Of a stretch of DNA of 64,000 nt, positions 10,462 through 19,102 are shown piece by piece (the stretch's first letter is position 1; each line of letters opens with the position of its first letter). The notes under the pieces are model-generated. The model searched no databases. It saw nothing but the letters and a program-made list of their open reading frames with translations, and had not been told where the DNA came from. The translations under genes were made by a program, and so were the position numbers. The DNA comes from Syntrophaceae bacterium (GTDB lineage Bacteria > Desulfobacterota > Syntrophia > Syntrophales > Smithellaceae). The DNA lies in assembly GCA_025355345.1 (NCBI GenBank), contig JANXZU010000098.1:960-64959 (forward strand), given 5' to 3'.

Positions 10462-11415
10462 TCACGCAAATGTCAGTTTCGTTCCCGCCATATTCAAAAT
10501 AAATTGATCAGACATTTGTTTTTCCATGGCCATGATCGCTTTTCTGCCCGTACAATGTGTCGGGATGATAAAGTCCGGGTTGATCTTCTTGATCTCCTCA
10601 GTTGTGCGTTCAATAATCGGTTCAAAAAACGGCCCGGAGAGGTGAAAACCGCCCATGACGGCGTGAATCTTGTCAATGCCGGTTACAGCCATCGCGTAGC
10701 GCACTGTGTTTACAATACCCGCGTGGGCGCAACCGGAAAGAATCACTAACCCTTTGTCTTTAAGATTCATCACGATGGACGTATCATCTTCGATAGCGTC
10801 CCAGACTTCCTTGCCGTCTTTCAGGCAATGCACGATGGGCCAACCTTTTTCAAAGTCTGTCTGCTTTGGAATCTCGCCCAGGAAGAGCACAGTATTGTTC
10901 AAAAGTGGATATGGTTTATCTGATTCCACCGTAGAAAGCCCCGCCTGTTTGACCATTTCGCGCGTCAATTTCGGAAAGTTGATTTTAAAGTCCTCCCCGA
11001 ATTTGAGATAACGGGGCGATACAAATACGGACGGATGCACAATAAAGGGAATGTAACGCTTGCCGATCATTGCAGTGAGCTTTTCCATGCCGCCCGTATG
11101 ATCGCTATGTCCGTGGGAAAGAGCCACAGCCTCGACTTCGGTCATATCAACGCCCAGAGTTGCCGCGTTTTGCGCCGCGCCGTTTTCGGAGAATCCAAAA
11201 TCAAAAAGCATGGTTTTTGTCTTATCTCCCATAGTTGTTTTCACGATGGCCGAAAAACCATGCTCCGCCAGAATGGAGGCGCGAATTTCTCCGTCTTTCA
11301 GGGGCATGGCGCGGGTAACCATTGCGCTGTTGTCCATAGCGGTCATTTCGATATAGTTGTCTTGTAAGGTCAGAATTTCAACCTTGTCCACAGCGTCTAA
11401 TTTAGCTTGAGACAT
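10462..11415 (-). CDS. MBL-fold metallo-hydrolase
   Basis: HGHSDHTGG metal-binding motif in a 317-aa ORF. Confidence 0.8.
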   Translation of the reverse strand: MSQAKLDAVDKVEILTLQDNYIEMTAMDNSAMVTRAMPLKDGEIRASILAEHGFSAIVKTTMGDKTKTMLFDFGFSENGAAQNAATLGVDMTEVEAVALSHGHSDHTGGMEKLTAMIGKRYIPFIVHPSVFVSPRYLKFGEDFKINFPKLTREMVKQAGLSTVESDKPYPLLNNTVLFLGEIPKQTDFEKGWPIVHCLKDGKEVWDAIEDDTSIVMNLKDKGLVILSGCAHAGIVNTVRYAMAVTGIDKIHAVMGGFHLSGPFFEPIIERTTEEIKKINPDFIIPTHCTGRKAIMAMEKQMSDQFILNMAGTKLTFA

Positions 11416-11522
11416 GTTAACACTCCTTTTTTGTTGTTAGGAATTAACACCTAATTGCAATTGTATTGCAACTCCGCCATAATAGTTCATATCCTACTGA
11501 AAGGCTGATACACAAGGTCCAA

Positions 11523-11885
11523 TCAGCTTTGATGACAGCCGTGCTCATGAGAAGCGCAGGCAATTCCTGAATCATTCAGATTGCCCGCAAGCCAGCTTTT
11601 TGTAACATCTTTAACGTTGCCGGAACAGCCCCGCAGAACATCTATGCCCTGGTTGTTTAGAACGTTTACTGCCCCTTGTCCCATGTTTCCTGCTATCATC
11701 AATTTCACGCCCATCTGCGCCAGAGTTTGTGCGATATTCGATTTGCAGCCGCAGCCGGCGGGTGGTGTGATCTTTTCTTCCGATAGTATTTTTTTCTGAT
11801 CGTCAACAGTGAAGACAGTGAAATATTCACAGTGCCCAAAGTGTTCATCAATCTGATTCTTGTTTGACGGTAATGCGATTTTCAT
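11523..11885 (-). CDS. NifB/NifX-type (dinitrogenase FeMo-cofactor-binding fold) small protein
   Basis: N-terminus ...DEHFGHCEYFTVF... and the 120-aa size are typical of this family. It lies directly downstream of the DUF134 gene. Confidence 0.7.
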   Translation of the reverse strand: MKIALPSNKNQIDEHFGHCEYFTVFTVDDQKKILSEEKITPPAGCGCKSNIAQTLAQMGVKLMIAGNMGQGAVNVLNNQGIDVLRGCSGNVKDVTKSWLAGNLNDSGIACASHEHGCHQS

Positions 11886-11907
11886 AAAATTCTCCTTTTA
11901 AAATAGT

Positions 11908-12252
11908 TTAATTTTCTCTTTTAGCCCCGCGTCCTTTTCCGTGGCCGCATGACTCTGTTTCGTTGACAGCTACTTCTCCGCCTTCAATTTTCAGTGCTTT
12001 TCCATTAATGAGAACGTCGGCTATCTTTTTGTGCGCCGCTTCGATGATCCTGCCGAACGTCTGGCGGGAAATATTCATTCTGGCCGCTGCCTCTTCCTGA
12101 TAAAGCTCTTCGTAATCTGCCAGCCTAATTGCTTCGTATTCATCAAGGCTCAGCACCACCTCTTCAAGTTGAGAAATTGGTATTCCCCGTGGTTTGAAAT
12201 AATTTTTATCCGGAACGCCGCAAACATTACGGCAACACTTTGGCCTGGGCAT
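11908..12252 (-). CDS. DUF134/UPF0251 predicted DNA-binding protein
   Basis: Signature N-terminus MPRPKCCRNV...YFKPRGIP. Confidence 0.75.
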   Translation of the reverse strand: MPRPKCCRNVCGVPDKNYFKPRGIPISQLEEVVLSLDEYEAIRLADYEELYQEEAAARMNISRQTFGRIIEAAHKKIADVLINGKALKIEGGEVAVNETESCGHGKGRGAKREN

Positions 12253-12277
12253 TTGTCTTGATTACTCCTTTTAGTAC

Positions 12278-12306
12278 ATTATAGGCATATGCCCATAACT
12301 TGTCAA
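12278..12306 (-). promoter_or_regulatory. Near-consensus sigma70 promoter for the DUF134/NifX-like operon
   Basis: The minus strand reads TTGACA (12306-12301), 17 nt, TATAAT (12283-12278), then the RBS AAGGAG and ATG 12252. The spacer contains the palindrome GGCATATGCC. Confidence 0.65.
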
Positions 12307-12566
12307 GCATAATTTTAATGATTTGTAGACTCCATAAGATATTTATGCAATCAGGGTTGCTCCGGATATCTGTGTTGCGAGGCTGAAAAATCGCGAAGGG
12401 ATTGTCGCCATCAGGGTTTTGATAAACAGCGGCGTATTGAGAATTGGCGATGATATTATGTATCTGCTCGTTGCCGGCAGGTTTAGAATAGATATCCGGC
12501 CCATCCTGCAATAATTACTGTCCCCCGTTAAAAATGAAATTGTACACGAGGAGGAACTGCGGTCAT

Positions 12567-12596
12567 AAAAAAAGGCAGGACCATGGTGATCCTGCC
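12567..12596 (-). terminator. Rho-independent terminator after the CBS gene
   Basis: Stem GGCAGGA/TCCTGCC (12574-12596), followed on the minus strand by a T7 run (12573-12567), about 35 nt after the stop at 12631. Confidence 0.75.
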
Positions 12597-12630
12597 TAAA
12601 AAGCAAAAATGTAAATCAGCGATATGCTGT

Positions 12631-13074
12631 TTAGTACTTCCCGCCAATATAATTGCTCAATTGATCAATCAGCAAGTCCTTATGGGAGATCGTAGATTTT
12701 ACAACGTCACCAATGGATATGAGTCCCACAAATTTGCCTCCGTCGAAAATGGGAAGATGCCTTATGTGTTTCCCGGTCATCAGCACCATGCAATCCTCTA
12801 CCTGAGTATCAGGCTTTACAGTATACATTTTAGCAGCAGGCGTCATAATCTCTTTTACACTTGTGTCCAAGGATTTTTTCCCCTTTAGGGCTATTTTTCT
12901 GGCATAATCGCGTTCTGTCATAATGCCAACAACCTTATCCTTTTTATCAACTACCATCAATGCCCCGATTTCCTTTTCAGCCATTAGCTTCAGGGCGTCA
13001 AGTACCGAAGCCTCCGGCAGAATCGTCCATAGATGCTTCGCTTTGCTCTTTAAAATATCGCTTACTCTCAGCAT
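12631..13074 (-). CDS. CBS-pair domain protein
   Basis: 147 aa with two CBS repeats (..IGALMVVDKKDKVVGIMTERD.., ..IRHLPIFDGGKFVGLISIGD..). Confidence 0.75.
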   Translation of the reverse strand: MLRVSDILKSKAKHLWTILPEASVLDALKLMAEKEIGALMVVDKKDKVVGIMTERDYARKIALKGKKSLDTSVKEIMTPAAKMYTVKPDTQVEDCMVLMTGKHIRHLPIFDGGKFVGLISIGDVVKSTISHKDLLIDQLSNYIGGKY

Positions 13075-13288
13075 AACCCAACACCTCCTGATAAATTCAA
13101 AATATTTTATCTATTTTTTATTATATTAAAAGAAAAATATAAAAATGGCAAGCATTTCTATTAGGATTGTAAGGAGCAAATAATATGTCCGGTTTGTAAC
13201 ACCTAAACTGCTTGCCTCATCTGTCACCCCAATAGTGACTATTATAAATCGCACAAATTATGTGCTTCTAACACTGCCAAAGATTTAC

Positions 13289-13317
13289 TTGACGTACGAA
13301 ATATCGTTACCTATACT
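13289..13317 (+). promoter_or_regulatory. Sigma70-like promoter candidate for the enolase-superfamily gene
   Basis: TTGACG (13289-13294), 17 nt, TATACT (13312-13317), about 85 nt upstream of ATG 13405. Confidence 0.5.
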
Positions 13318-13404
13318 CTTTTTTCAATAGTATATTATTATCAAATTTAGACAAATTCTGCAGGGACGTATAGCTTTAATTGAAATTATATCAAGGAGGT
13401 TTGT

Positions 13405-14631
13405 ATGAAAATATCTTCGATTGAGCTTTTTCATGTGGAGATTCCGTTAAAACATACATTCTGGCCTACATGGATACCTGGCTATCCTCAGACGCATAAT
13501 GGATTTACCTTGATAAAACTGGTTACCGATGATGGGATTGAAGGTTATTCTGCAGGTTCCGCCTTGGGTCATGAGCGGGAAGGACTTGGGGATCTAATCG
13601 GCGGATATTTGCTGGGAGCAGATCCGAATGATATTGACTCTTGCCAAAGTTTATTAAAGCAGGCAGGCATTCTGGGATGGAGAAATTTCTGGATCGAGCC
13701 CGCGTTCTGGGACATTATAGGCAAGAGCAAAGGAAAGCCCGTATATGAACTTTTAGGCGGTGACGCAAGGCCTGTCGAAGTTTACTGCTCCACGGGAGAA
13801 ATGCATGAGCCGGCGCAGAGGGTCGAAGAGCTACTCGCTATGAAAGAACGCGGATTCAAAGTCGCAAAGCTTCGGGTAAAAAATAAAGAGCTTAAAGATG
13901 ACATCCGTCATATAGAAGTAATAAGAAGAGGTGTGGCAGATAGTCTTGTTTTAGGGGTGGATGCCAACCAGGGATGGCTTGTGACCATCGTAGATAAAAT
14001 TCCCGCGTGGGATCTGAAACGCGCAACTGCGTTTGCGGAAGCATGTTATGCGAACAACATCGCCTGGCTTGAAGAACCGCTTGACTCAAGGGATTATGAT
14101 GGCAATGCCGCCTTAAAGAAAGTTTCGAAAGTAAAGATTTCTGGTGCCGAGCTTAATTATGGCTGGGATGAAATCAAGATCATGCTGGAGAAAGACTGCT
14201 TCCATATTTATCAGCCTGATGCAACATTTGCAGGAGGAATTGCACAGGTGAAGAAAGTAATCGATGCTTGCCATACACATAATAAAGAGTACTCTCCGCA
14301 CACATGGACAAACGGGATTGGTTTTTATATTAACTGGAATATGGTACTTGCCGATAAAGGTAATACTGTTCCTCTGGAATATCCTTTGGAAGAGCCATCA
14401 TGGGTTCCTGAAGAAAGAGAAGGTATTATTGATCCGATCATCCCTGACAAAAACGCTATGCTTGCGCCATTTACGAGGCCCGGTCTTGGATTTGAGATTA
14501 ATAAAAAAATGCTTAACAAATATGGGAAACGATTCTTTAAGCTCACGGAGATAAGACAAAAAATAAAAGTGATTAGACAAAAAGGACTCAAAGCTGCATT
14601 GGCGTTAAAAAAGAGGAAAGAATCTCAATAG
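13405..14631 (+). CDS. Mandelate racemase/muconate lactonizing enzyme family (enolase superfamily) protein
   Basis: Motif pattern KLRVK, GVDANQGW, LEEPL, IYQPD (metal ligands and acid/base residues). RBS 'aaggagg' lies upstream. Confidence 0.75.
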   Translation: MKISSIELFHVEIPLKHTFWPTWIPGYPQTHNGFTLIKLVTDDGIEGYSAGSALGHEREGLGDLIGGYLLGADPNDIDSCQSLLKQAGILGWRNFWIEPAFWDIIGKSKGKPVYELLGGDARPVEVYCSTGEMHEPAQRVEELLAMKERGFKVAKLRVKNKELKDDIRHIEVIRRGVADSLVLGVDANQGWLVTIVDKIPAWDLKRATAFAEACYANNIAWLEEPLDSRDYDGNAALKKVSKVKISGAELNYGWDEIKIMLEKDCFHIYQPDATFAGGIAQVKKVIDACHTHNKEYSPHTWTNGIGFYINWNMVLADKGNTVPLEYPLEEPSWVPEEREGIIDPIIPDKNAMLAPFTRPGLGFEINKKMLNKYGKRFFKLTEIRQKIKVIRQKGLKAALALKKRKESQ

Positions 14632-15360
14632 TCAATTCATATATGTTATTGAGTTGCACTTCCTGTTATCAGTATTAATAAATGTTCGGGGAATATTAAA
14701 TCTTTCTAATGGCAATCACTAATAATATTACCTCTTTTTATATTGATCTGTTCCTTGTTGTTGATCCTAGAAAAGTTATCGGATGATGTTAACTGATGAA
14801 TATGTTCCATTGGCTATTTTTGGGTGCAAATAAAAAAACAGATTGGCAATGCTGTAGAAACTGTTATTGCTTCAATAATGATCCTGCTATGTTGGAAGAG
14901 TTTTTTAAGGGTATAAGCATTTTCAGCTCTGTAAGGGGTAGCAGCAGAGGTGATGGTGGCATCTGCAAATTCCACAATCGGTATCTCTTGCCTGTACATA
15001 GTTGTTCGGATTTCATGCGAAAGCCATAATACATTACCCAATTTTTATCACCATCTATACCACTAATAAGCATTAATCTTTAATTTAATTTCAAGCCGAA
15101 AGGTAAGGATAGGTAAATATAGCCAACAAGCACTTCTTCCTTTTATGCGTAAGGAAAGCCCAGTGGAACAGGTCTTTGTATGGCTCACCTTTGTGATTGG
15201 TGAGAGGATAAAAAAAGTTTCAGATATGAAACGAATTAAATCAACATAATTAATTTAATCTTTGTAAGTTGTAAAGGATACTATCGTTCACCCTTAACTA
15301 GTCGAAGGTTGGAGGCGACTTTTTACGAAACTGTACTTATTGCACAACAAAAAAATAATC

Positions 15361-17973
15361 TCAGTTGGCGCGAGTCTGCTTTGAGTACCATTGCAGCTGC
15401 TGGGCGCTGCTCTCTTCATCCACATTTTCCTGGGCAATTATTTTTTCACCTTGTGCCTGTGGCAATACCTCTTTGAGCTTCCAGGTCTTATCCATGCGGC
15501 CGAATGTCCAGTATTCCTCAAATGGGGATACATACTGCTGCTGGCTTAGAACAACTGTGTCTTTGCGAACAACTTTCTGGGCATGGGCGCTGATGTGGAC
15601 GGTGAACTCGTCTTTTGCCGGGTCGGCATAGTTTCTAATCAGAATTAATTCCGCCTTGCGCACGCAAAGATTGCGGTATTCAGTTGCCATATCTTCCATA
15701 TGCCATTTTTTCATCTGATTGCTCAAGCTTTCGGCAACATCCGGGAATAAGTCCGCCGCCGGTACAGCAGCCGGATCATTTCCTTCCCTTGCCAGGTAAA
15801 CGGTCAGAAATACATTACGTGCCCGCTCCAGCATCAGCTTGCGATTCCAGAGTTTATCAGTCTGCACAAGGAAGTTTAAAATTCGGTCAATGCGCGTTGC
15901 CTTTTGCTGTGTTGATTTTTCCAGCCAGGGGCCTGCGTGACCTTCTTTTGATGCTGCATCATCGTAAATTCCTTTAATTGTCTGGTCGGTCAGCATTTCG
16001 ACAAAATTATCATCCTTGAGGATATCCGATTCACCTGACTGTTCGATCTCGCGCAGCAGCCAGTGATCCCCTAAACGCTGAAATGTCCAGAACTCCTGAA
16101 ACTGCGAGGAGCTGTTGTCCCCCCTCAAGAATTTATTGGTGCGGTCGTCAATATAGTAATCACGGGCGGAAGCAGTAATGAGCGCGGTAAACTCTCGCTG
16201 GTCAGGCTTTTCTGTGTAACGGACATTGACGAGGTCCACTTGTTTGACCTTGAGCTCATCTAGTTTATTGATCTCGTTGTTCCGGATCAGCCCTTGCAGT
16301 TGTGCCGAATGCTGGGCATAGAGGTCAGCCATCAGCAGGGTCTTTATGGGCGCGTAATTCCGTTTTTGCCAGCATTCCTGAAGCTTAAGAAATGTCTCTT
16401 CGGTAAGCTTACGCAATTCCTTCGGCGATAGTGATAAATCCTGTTTGCTGATAAAATCAAGAAGCTTTTCGGTCTTGAGTGATTTTTTAGTGATTTCTGG
16501 CCGACTGTAGGAATAGTCTAAATTCTCTTCTTTGCCCGGTTTCTTTCTGATGGCAATAATAATAATTGTTCCGAAAACCCCAAGAAATATAATCCAGCCA
16601 AATATTTCATCCGAGGAAGAACCGCTCCCTGAACCGGAGCTTCTTGATCCGGACCGTCCAAAACCTCCACCACCCTTGTTATGTACAACAAAATCATCCG
16701 CGAGAAACGTATGTGGTTGGTTTACGCTGAGGTTATAGACCAGCTCTTTTCCATTGCTCTGCGATGTTCCCAGAACTGTGGCCGGAATCAGGATGCCATT
16801 ATCCCGGAAAAATATTCTATCGTCGGGACGAAGCCTGCCTGCTTCAAGAAATGTTCCGTCAGCTAATCCCACCGGATGTTCAGTGGTTGTTCGCAACTCA
16901 CCCAAGGTTGTTTTAACCGATAATACATGGCTGCGTGTGGCGAATAGTTTTTCCACACGGGTACTGATAATATGCCCCTCCCGATCAACGGCCTGTACTG
17001 TATCGTTTGCGGAAAGTTTTTCTATAGGGATATGTCCCGCAGGTGTGCCAATTATGGTGCCGGCAGGAAAACATCCACCACCACCTTTGTTATGGACAGC
17101 AAGACCTGCAGCAAAGAATGTGTTGGGCTGATCGGTTTGGAGATTAAAGACACGTACTCGCTTAGAAATTTTCTGTAAAGAAACTATACGCTGCCCTGAA
17201 AGTGCATGACCATCCCAGGCGAAAATTGTATCACCAGTTTTCAGGATATCAAGCGTCTTGAAAGTGCCGCGCCCCGTATAGAATGGGTGTTCCTCAGTTA
17301 CCGCAAGTGTGTTCCGGTCGGTCTTGAGCAGAATGTACTCGTCCACTTTATGACTAATAACTTCTTTAACTTTTGTATGGACAATTTTCCCTTCCGTTGA
17401 ATAAGACAATAATGTATCCCCGTGCCGCACCGCACTGATCATAATTTTTGTGCCATCCGCTTTTAAAATTGCACTATCCGGGAGAAAACATCCCTTGTTG
17501 TGAACAACGATATTAGCGGGAAGAAACGTTCCGCCGGGGACGACAAGCAAATTATAAGCAGGCTGGTTGGATTGAATTTGTCGAACAGATTTGATGGGAA
17601 CGGCATTAATGATGCCTTCTTGAATTTGATAAACATTATCTCCAGGTTTAAGAAATCGCGCGATACGGAATTCGCCAGGGGCAACCATTATCGGATGCTC
17701 CGGTGTAATTAAAAATTTGTTTTCGCCTGTGGAAATTTCCAGATAACCATCAGGGTGAACTTCAGTCAGCACTTGTACGGTGCCTGTTTGCAACTTGCCT
17801 GCGGCGATGCTCCAGACCGGATCGCCCACGCGGAGCTTATCAATGGCGATTGCGCCAGAGGGCGTCATTACCAGTGTCCCCTTTGCGAGGCAACCGCCGC
17901 CGCCGCGCGCAAAAGCAGGAGAAGAAATAAAAATAAACAGCAATATAAACGCCGCAACAGCGCATCTTTTCAT
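15361..17973 (-). CDS. Membrane protein: signal peptide, three tandem Hint (intein-like) domains, one TM helix, two C-terminal Tim44-like domains
   Basis: The likely start is ATG 17973 (MKRCAVAAFILLFIFISSPAFA), rather than the track start 18060, which would overlap the DUF350 gene. See the Hint domain features below. TM helix IFGWIIFLGVFGTIIIIAI is followed by RKKPGK. Two Tim44-like segments end in ..FQEFWTFQRLGDHWLLREIEQ and ..FEEYWTFGRMDKTWKLKEVLP. Confidence 0.8.
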   Translation of the reverse strand: MKRCAVAAFILLFIFISSPAFARGGGGCLAKGTLVMTPSGAIAIDKLRVGDPVWSIAAGKLQTGTVQVLTEVHPDGYLEISTGENKFLITPEHPIMVAPGEFRIARFLKPGDNVYQIQEGIINAVPIKSVRQIQSNQPAYNLLVVPGGTFLPANIVVHNKGCFLPDSAILKADGTKIMISAVRHGDTLLSYSTEGKIVHTKVKEVISHKVDEYILLKTDRNTLAVTEEHPFYTGRGTFKTLDILKTGDTIFAWDGHALSGQRIVSLQKISKRVRVFNLQTDQPNTFFAAGLAVHNKGGGGCFPAGTIIGTPAGHIPIEKLSANDTVQAVDREGHIISTRVEKLFATRSHVLSVKTTLGELRTTTEHPVGLADGTFLEAGRLRPDDRIFFRDNGILIPATVLGTSQSNGKELVYNLSVNQPHTFLADDFVVHNKGGGGFGRSGSRSSGSGSGSSSDEIFGWIIFLGVFGTIIIIAIRKKPGKEENLDYSYSRPEITKKSLKTEKLLDFISKQDLSLSPKELRKLTEETFLKLQECWQKRNYAPIKTLLMADLYAQHSAQLQGLIRNNEINKLDELKVKQVDLVNVRYTEKPDQREFTALITASARDYYIDDRTNKFLRGDNSSSQFQEFWTFQRLGDHWLLREIEQSGESDILKDDNFVEMLTDQTIKGIYDDAASKEGHAGPWLEKSTQQKATRIDRILNFLVQTDKLWNRKLMLERARNVFLTVYLAREGNDPAAVPAADLFPDVAESLSNQMKKWHMEDMATEYRNLCVRKAELILIRNYADPAKDEFTVHISAHAQKVVRKDTVVLSQQQYVSPFEEYWTFGRMDKTWKLKEVLPQAQGEKIIAQENVDEESSAQQLQWYSKQTRAN
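16678..17073 (-). other. Hint/intein-like domain 3
   Basis: Begins CFPAGT, contains TTEHP, and ends FVVHN followed by KGGGGFGRSGSRSSGSGSG. Confidence 0.7.
17089..17490 (-). other. Hint/intein-like domain 2
   Basis: Begins CFLPDS, contains VTEEHP, and ends LAVHN followed by KGGGG. Confidence 0.7.
17497..17892 (-). other. Hint/intein-like domain 1
   Basis: Begins CLAKGT immediately after RGGGG, contains ITPEHP (block-B-like TxxH), and ends IVVHN followed by KG. Confidence 0.7.
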
Positions 17974-18016
17974 ATATCTGTTCCTCAATATTTGTCTGAA
18001 ATCAAATCGATATCGC

Positions 18017-18286
18017 CTAATGAAGCGCCGCCAATATCCCGCCCAGCACGGCGGCAGCAATTACTATACTCATTCCGATAATGCATGCTCCAACTATTCT
18101 TCCGAAGTATTCCGCGACTGCGGTGTTGCCCCGGATTATTTCTTTCTCCTCATCAATGTTGGGGGTCAACCTATCCATCAGTTTAGGCACTAGGGCGGAG
18201 CTAACCAGCACAAGAATCATACCGAACAAACCGCCGATCAGTGAAAAGACTATGGACCATCCGATATTGCTTATTGTTTCTGTCAT
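18017..18286 (-). CDS. DUF350 small membrane protein
   Basis: Internal ATG 18286 (MTETISNIGW...) gives an 89-aa protein with two TM segments and the DUF350-type EIIRGNTAVA motif. The longer track ORF would run through the LemA stop. Confidence 0.7.
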   Translation of the reverse strand: MTETISNIGWSIVFSLIGGLFGMILVLVSSALVPKLMDRLTPNIDEEKEIIRGNTAVAEYFGRIVGACIIGMSIVIAAAVLGGILAALH

Positions 18287-18338
18287 ACAAACCCCTTTCT
18301 TTTTTCGGCAGAGGATATCTTTGCCGGTTTTAGTCTGA

Positions 18339-18902
18339 TTATAATTTAACCTGCGGAGTTTCACGTTCTCCGGCCTTTTCCAGTTGAAAGAATGGTTCAA
18401 TCCTAAAGTTGAACATACCGGCAACCAGGTTGCCGGGAAAAGTTTGAACGCGATTATTATAGCGTAGAGTAATATCATTGTAATACTGGCGGGCAAATCC
18501 GATTTTATTTTCAGTCGCCGCTAATTCTGTCTGCAAGGCAATAAAACTTTCATTGGCTTTAAGGTTCGGGTATGCTTCGGATAGCGCGAAGAGAGAGCGC
18601 AAAGAACCGCTTAAAGCGTTTTCCGCTTTTGCCCGCGCTTCTAATGATCCAGAAGATGCTATTGCCTCCTGCCGCGCCTTTATCACGGTATCCAATGTCT
18701 GTCGTTCGTGAGCAGCATAGCCTTTGACGGTCTCTATAAAATTGGGAATCAGATCATGCCGCCTTTTTAGCTGCACATCAATAGCGCACCAGGCATTTTT
18801 TACTTCATTGCGGCCGCGGACGAGGTGATTATAAAGGTTGATGACAAAGATGCCAACGGCAGTTAGAGCAATTAAACAAATAAGGATTATTAACATTTTC
18901 AC
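18339..18902 (-). CDS. lemA: LemA family membrane protein
   Basis: N-terminal TM helix followed by NEVKNAWCAIDVQLKRRHDLIPNFIETVKGYAAHE, typical of LemA. Confidence 0.85.
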   Translation of the reverse strand: MKMLIILICLIALTAVGIFVINLYNHLVRGRNEVKNAWCAIDVQLKRRHDLIPNFIETVKGYAAHERQTLDTVIKARQEAIASSGSLEARAKAENALSGSLRSLFALSEAYPNLKANESFIALQTELAATENKIGFARQYYNDITLRYNNRVQTFPGNLVAGMFNFRIEPFFQLEKAGERETPQVKL

Positions 18903-18937
18903 TCCTGCTCAAATAACGGACAAGATTTATAGTAAGA

Positions 18938-18967
18938 TTGTAATACAAAAGATAATTTTGTGTCAAC
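18938..18967 (-). promoter_or_regulatory. Sigma70-like promoter candidate for the lemA operon
   Basis: The minus strand reads TTGACA (18967-18962), 18 nt, TACAAT (18943-18938), about 35 nt upstream of ATG 18902. Confidence 0.45.
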
Positions 18968-19102
18968 CACGTTTTTATTGTGAGATTCAAATTTCGGGTG
19001 TGGGTGCGAGAGACAGGGGGGATGCCCTTAAGTTTTTAAGTTACTGCTGATGAGTTGCTGCATTTGCAATCTTTACCCCAGCAGGTGACGTTTGTAAACT
19101 TA

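Noticed and set aside
12227-12606. Two minus-strand ORFs (94 and 87 aa) between the CBS gene and the DUF134 gene
   Set aside because: They read through a near-consensus promoter and a terminator hairpin, lack an RBS and overlap the DUF134 start, so they are probably non-coding. The roughly 260 nt between terminator and promoter remains unexplained.
13185-13199. Four-codon mini-ORF (M-S-G-L-stop) with a perfect AAGGAG RBS
   Set aside because: It is too short to evaluate. It lies upstream of the candidate promoter for the enolase-superfamily gene, so it is unlikely to be a leader peptide of that transcript.
16678-17892. Canonical protein-splicing inteins
   Set aside because: The modules have Cys1, a TxxH-like block and a terminal HN. 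However, the +1 residue is Lys, with no Cys/Ser/Thr, and there is no homing-endonuclease domain. They are therefore better described as Hint/BIL-like than as true splicing inteins.
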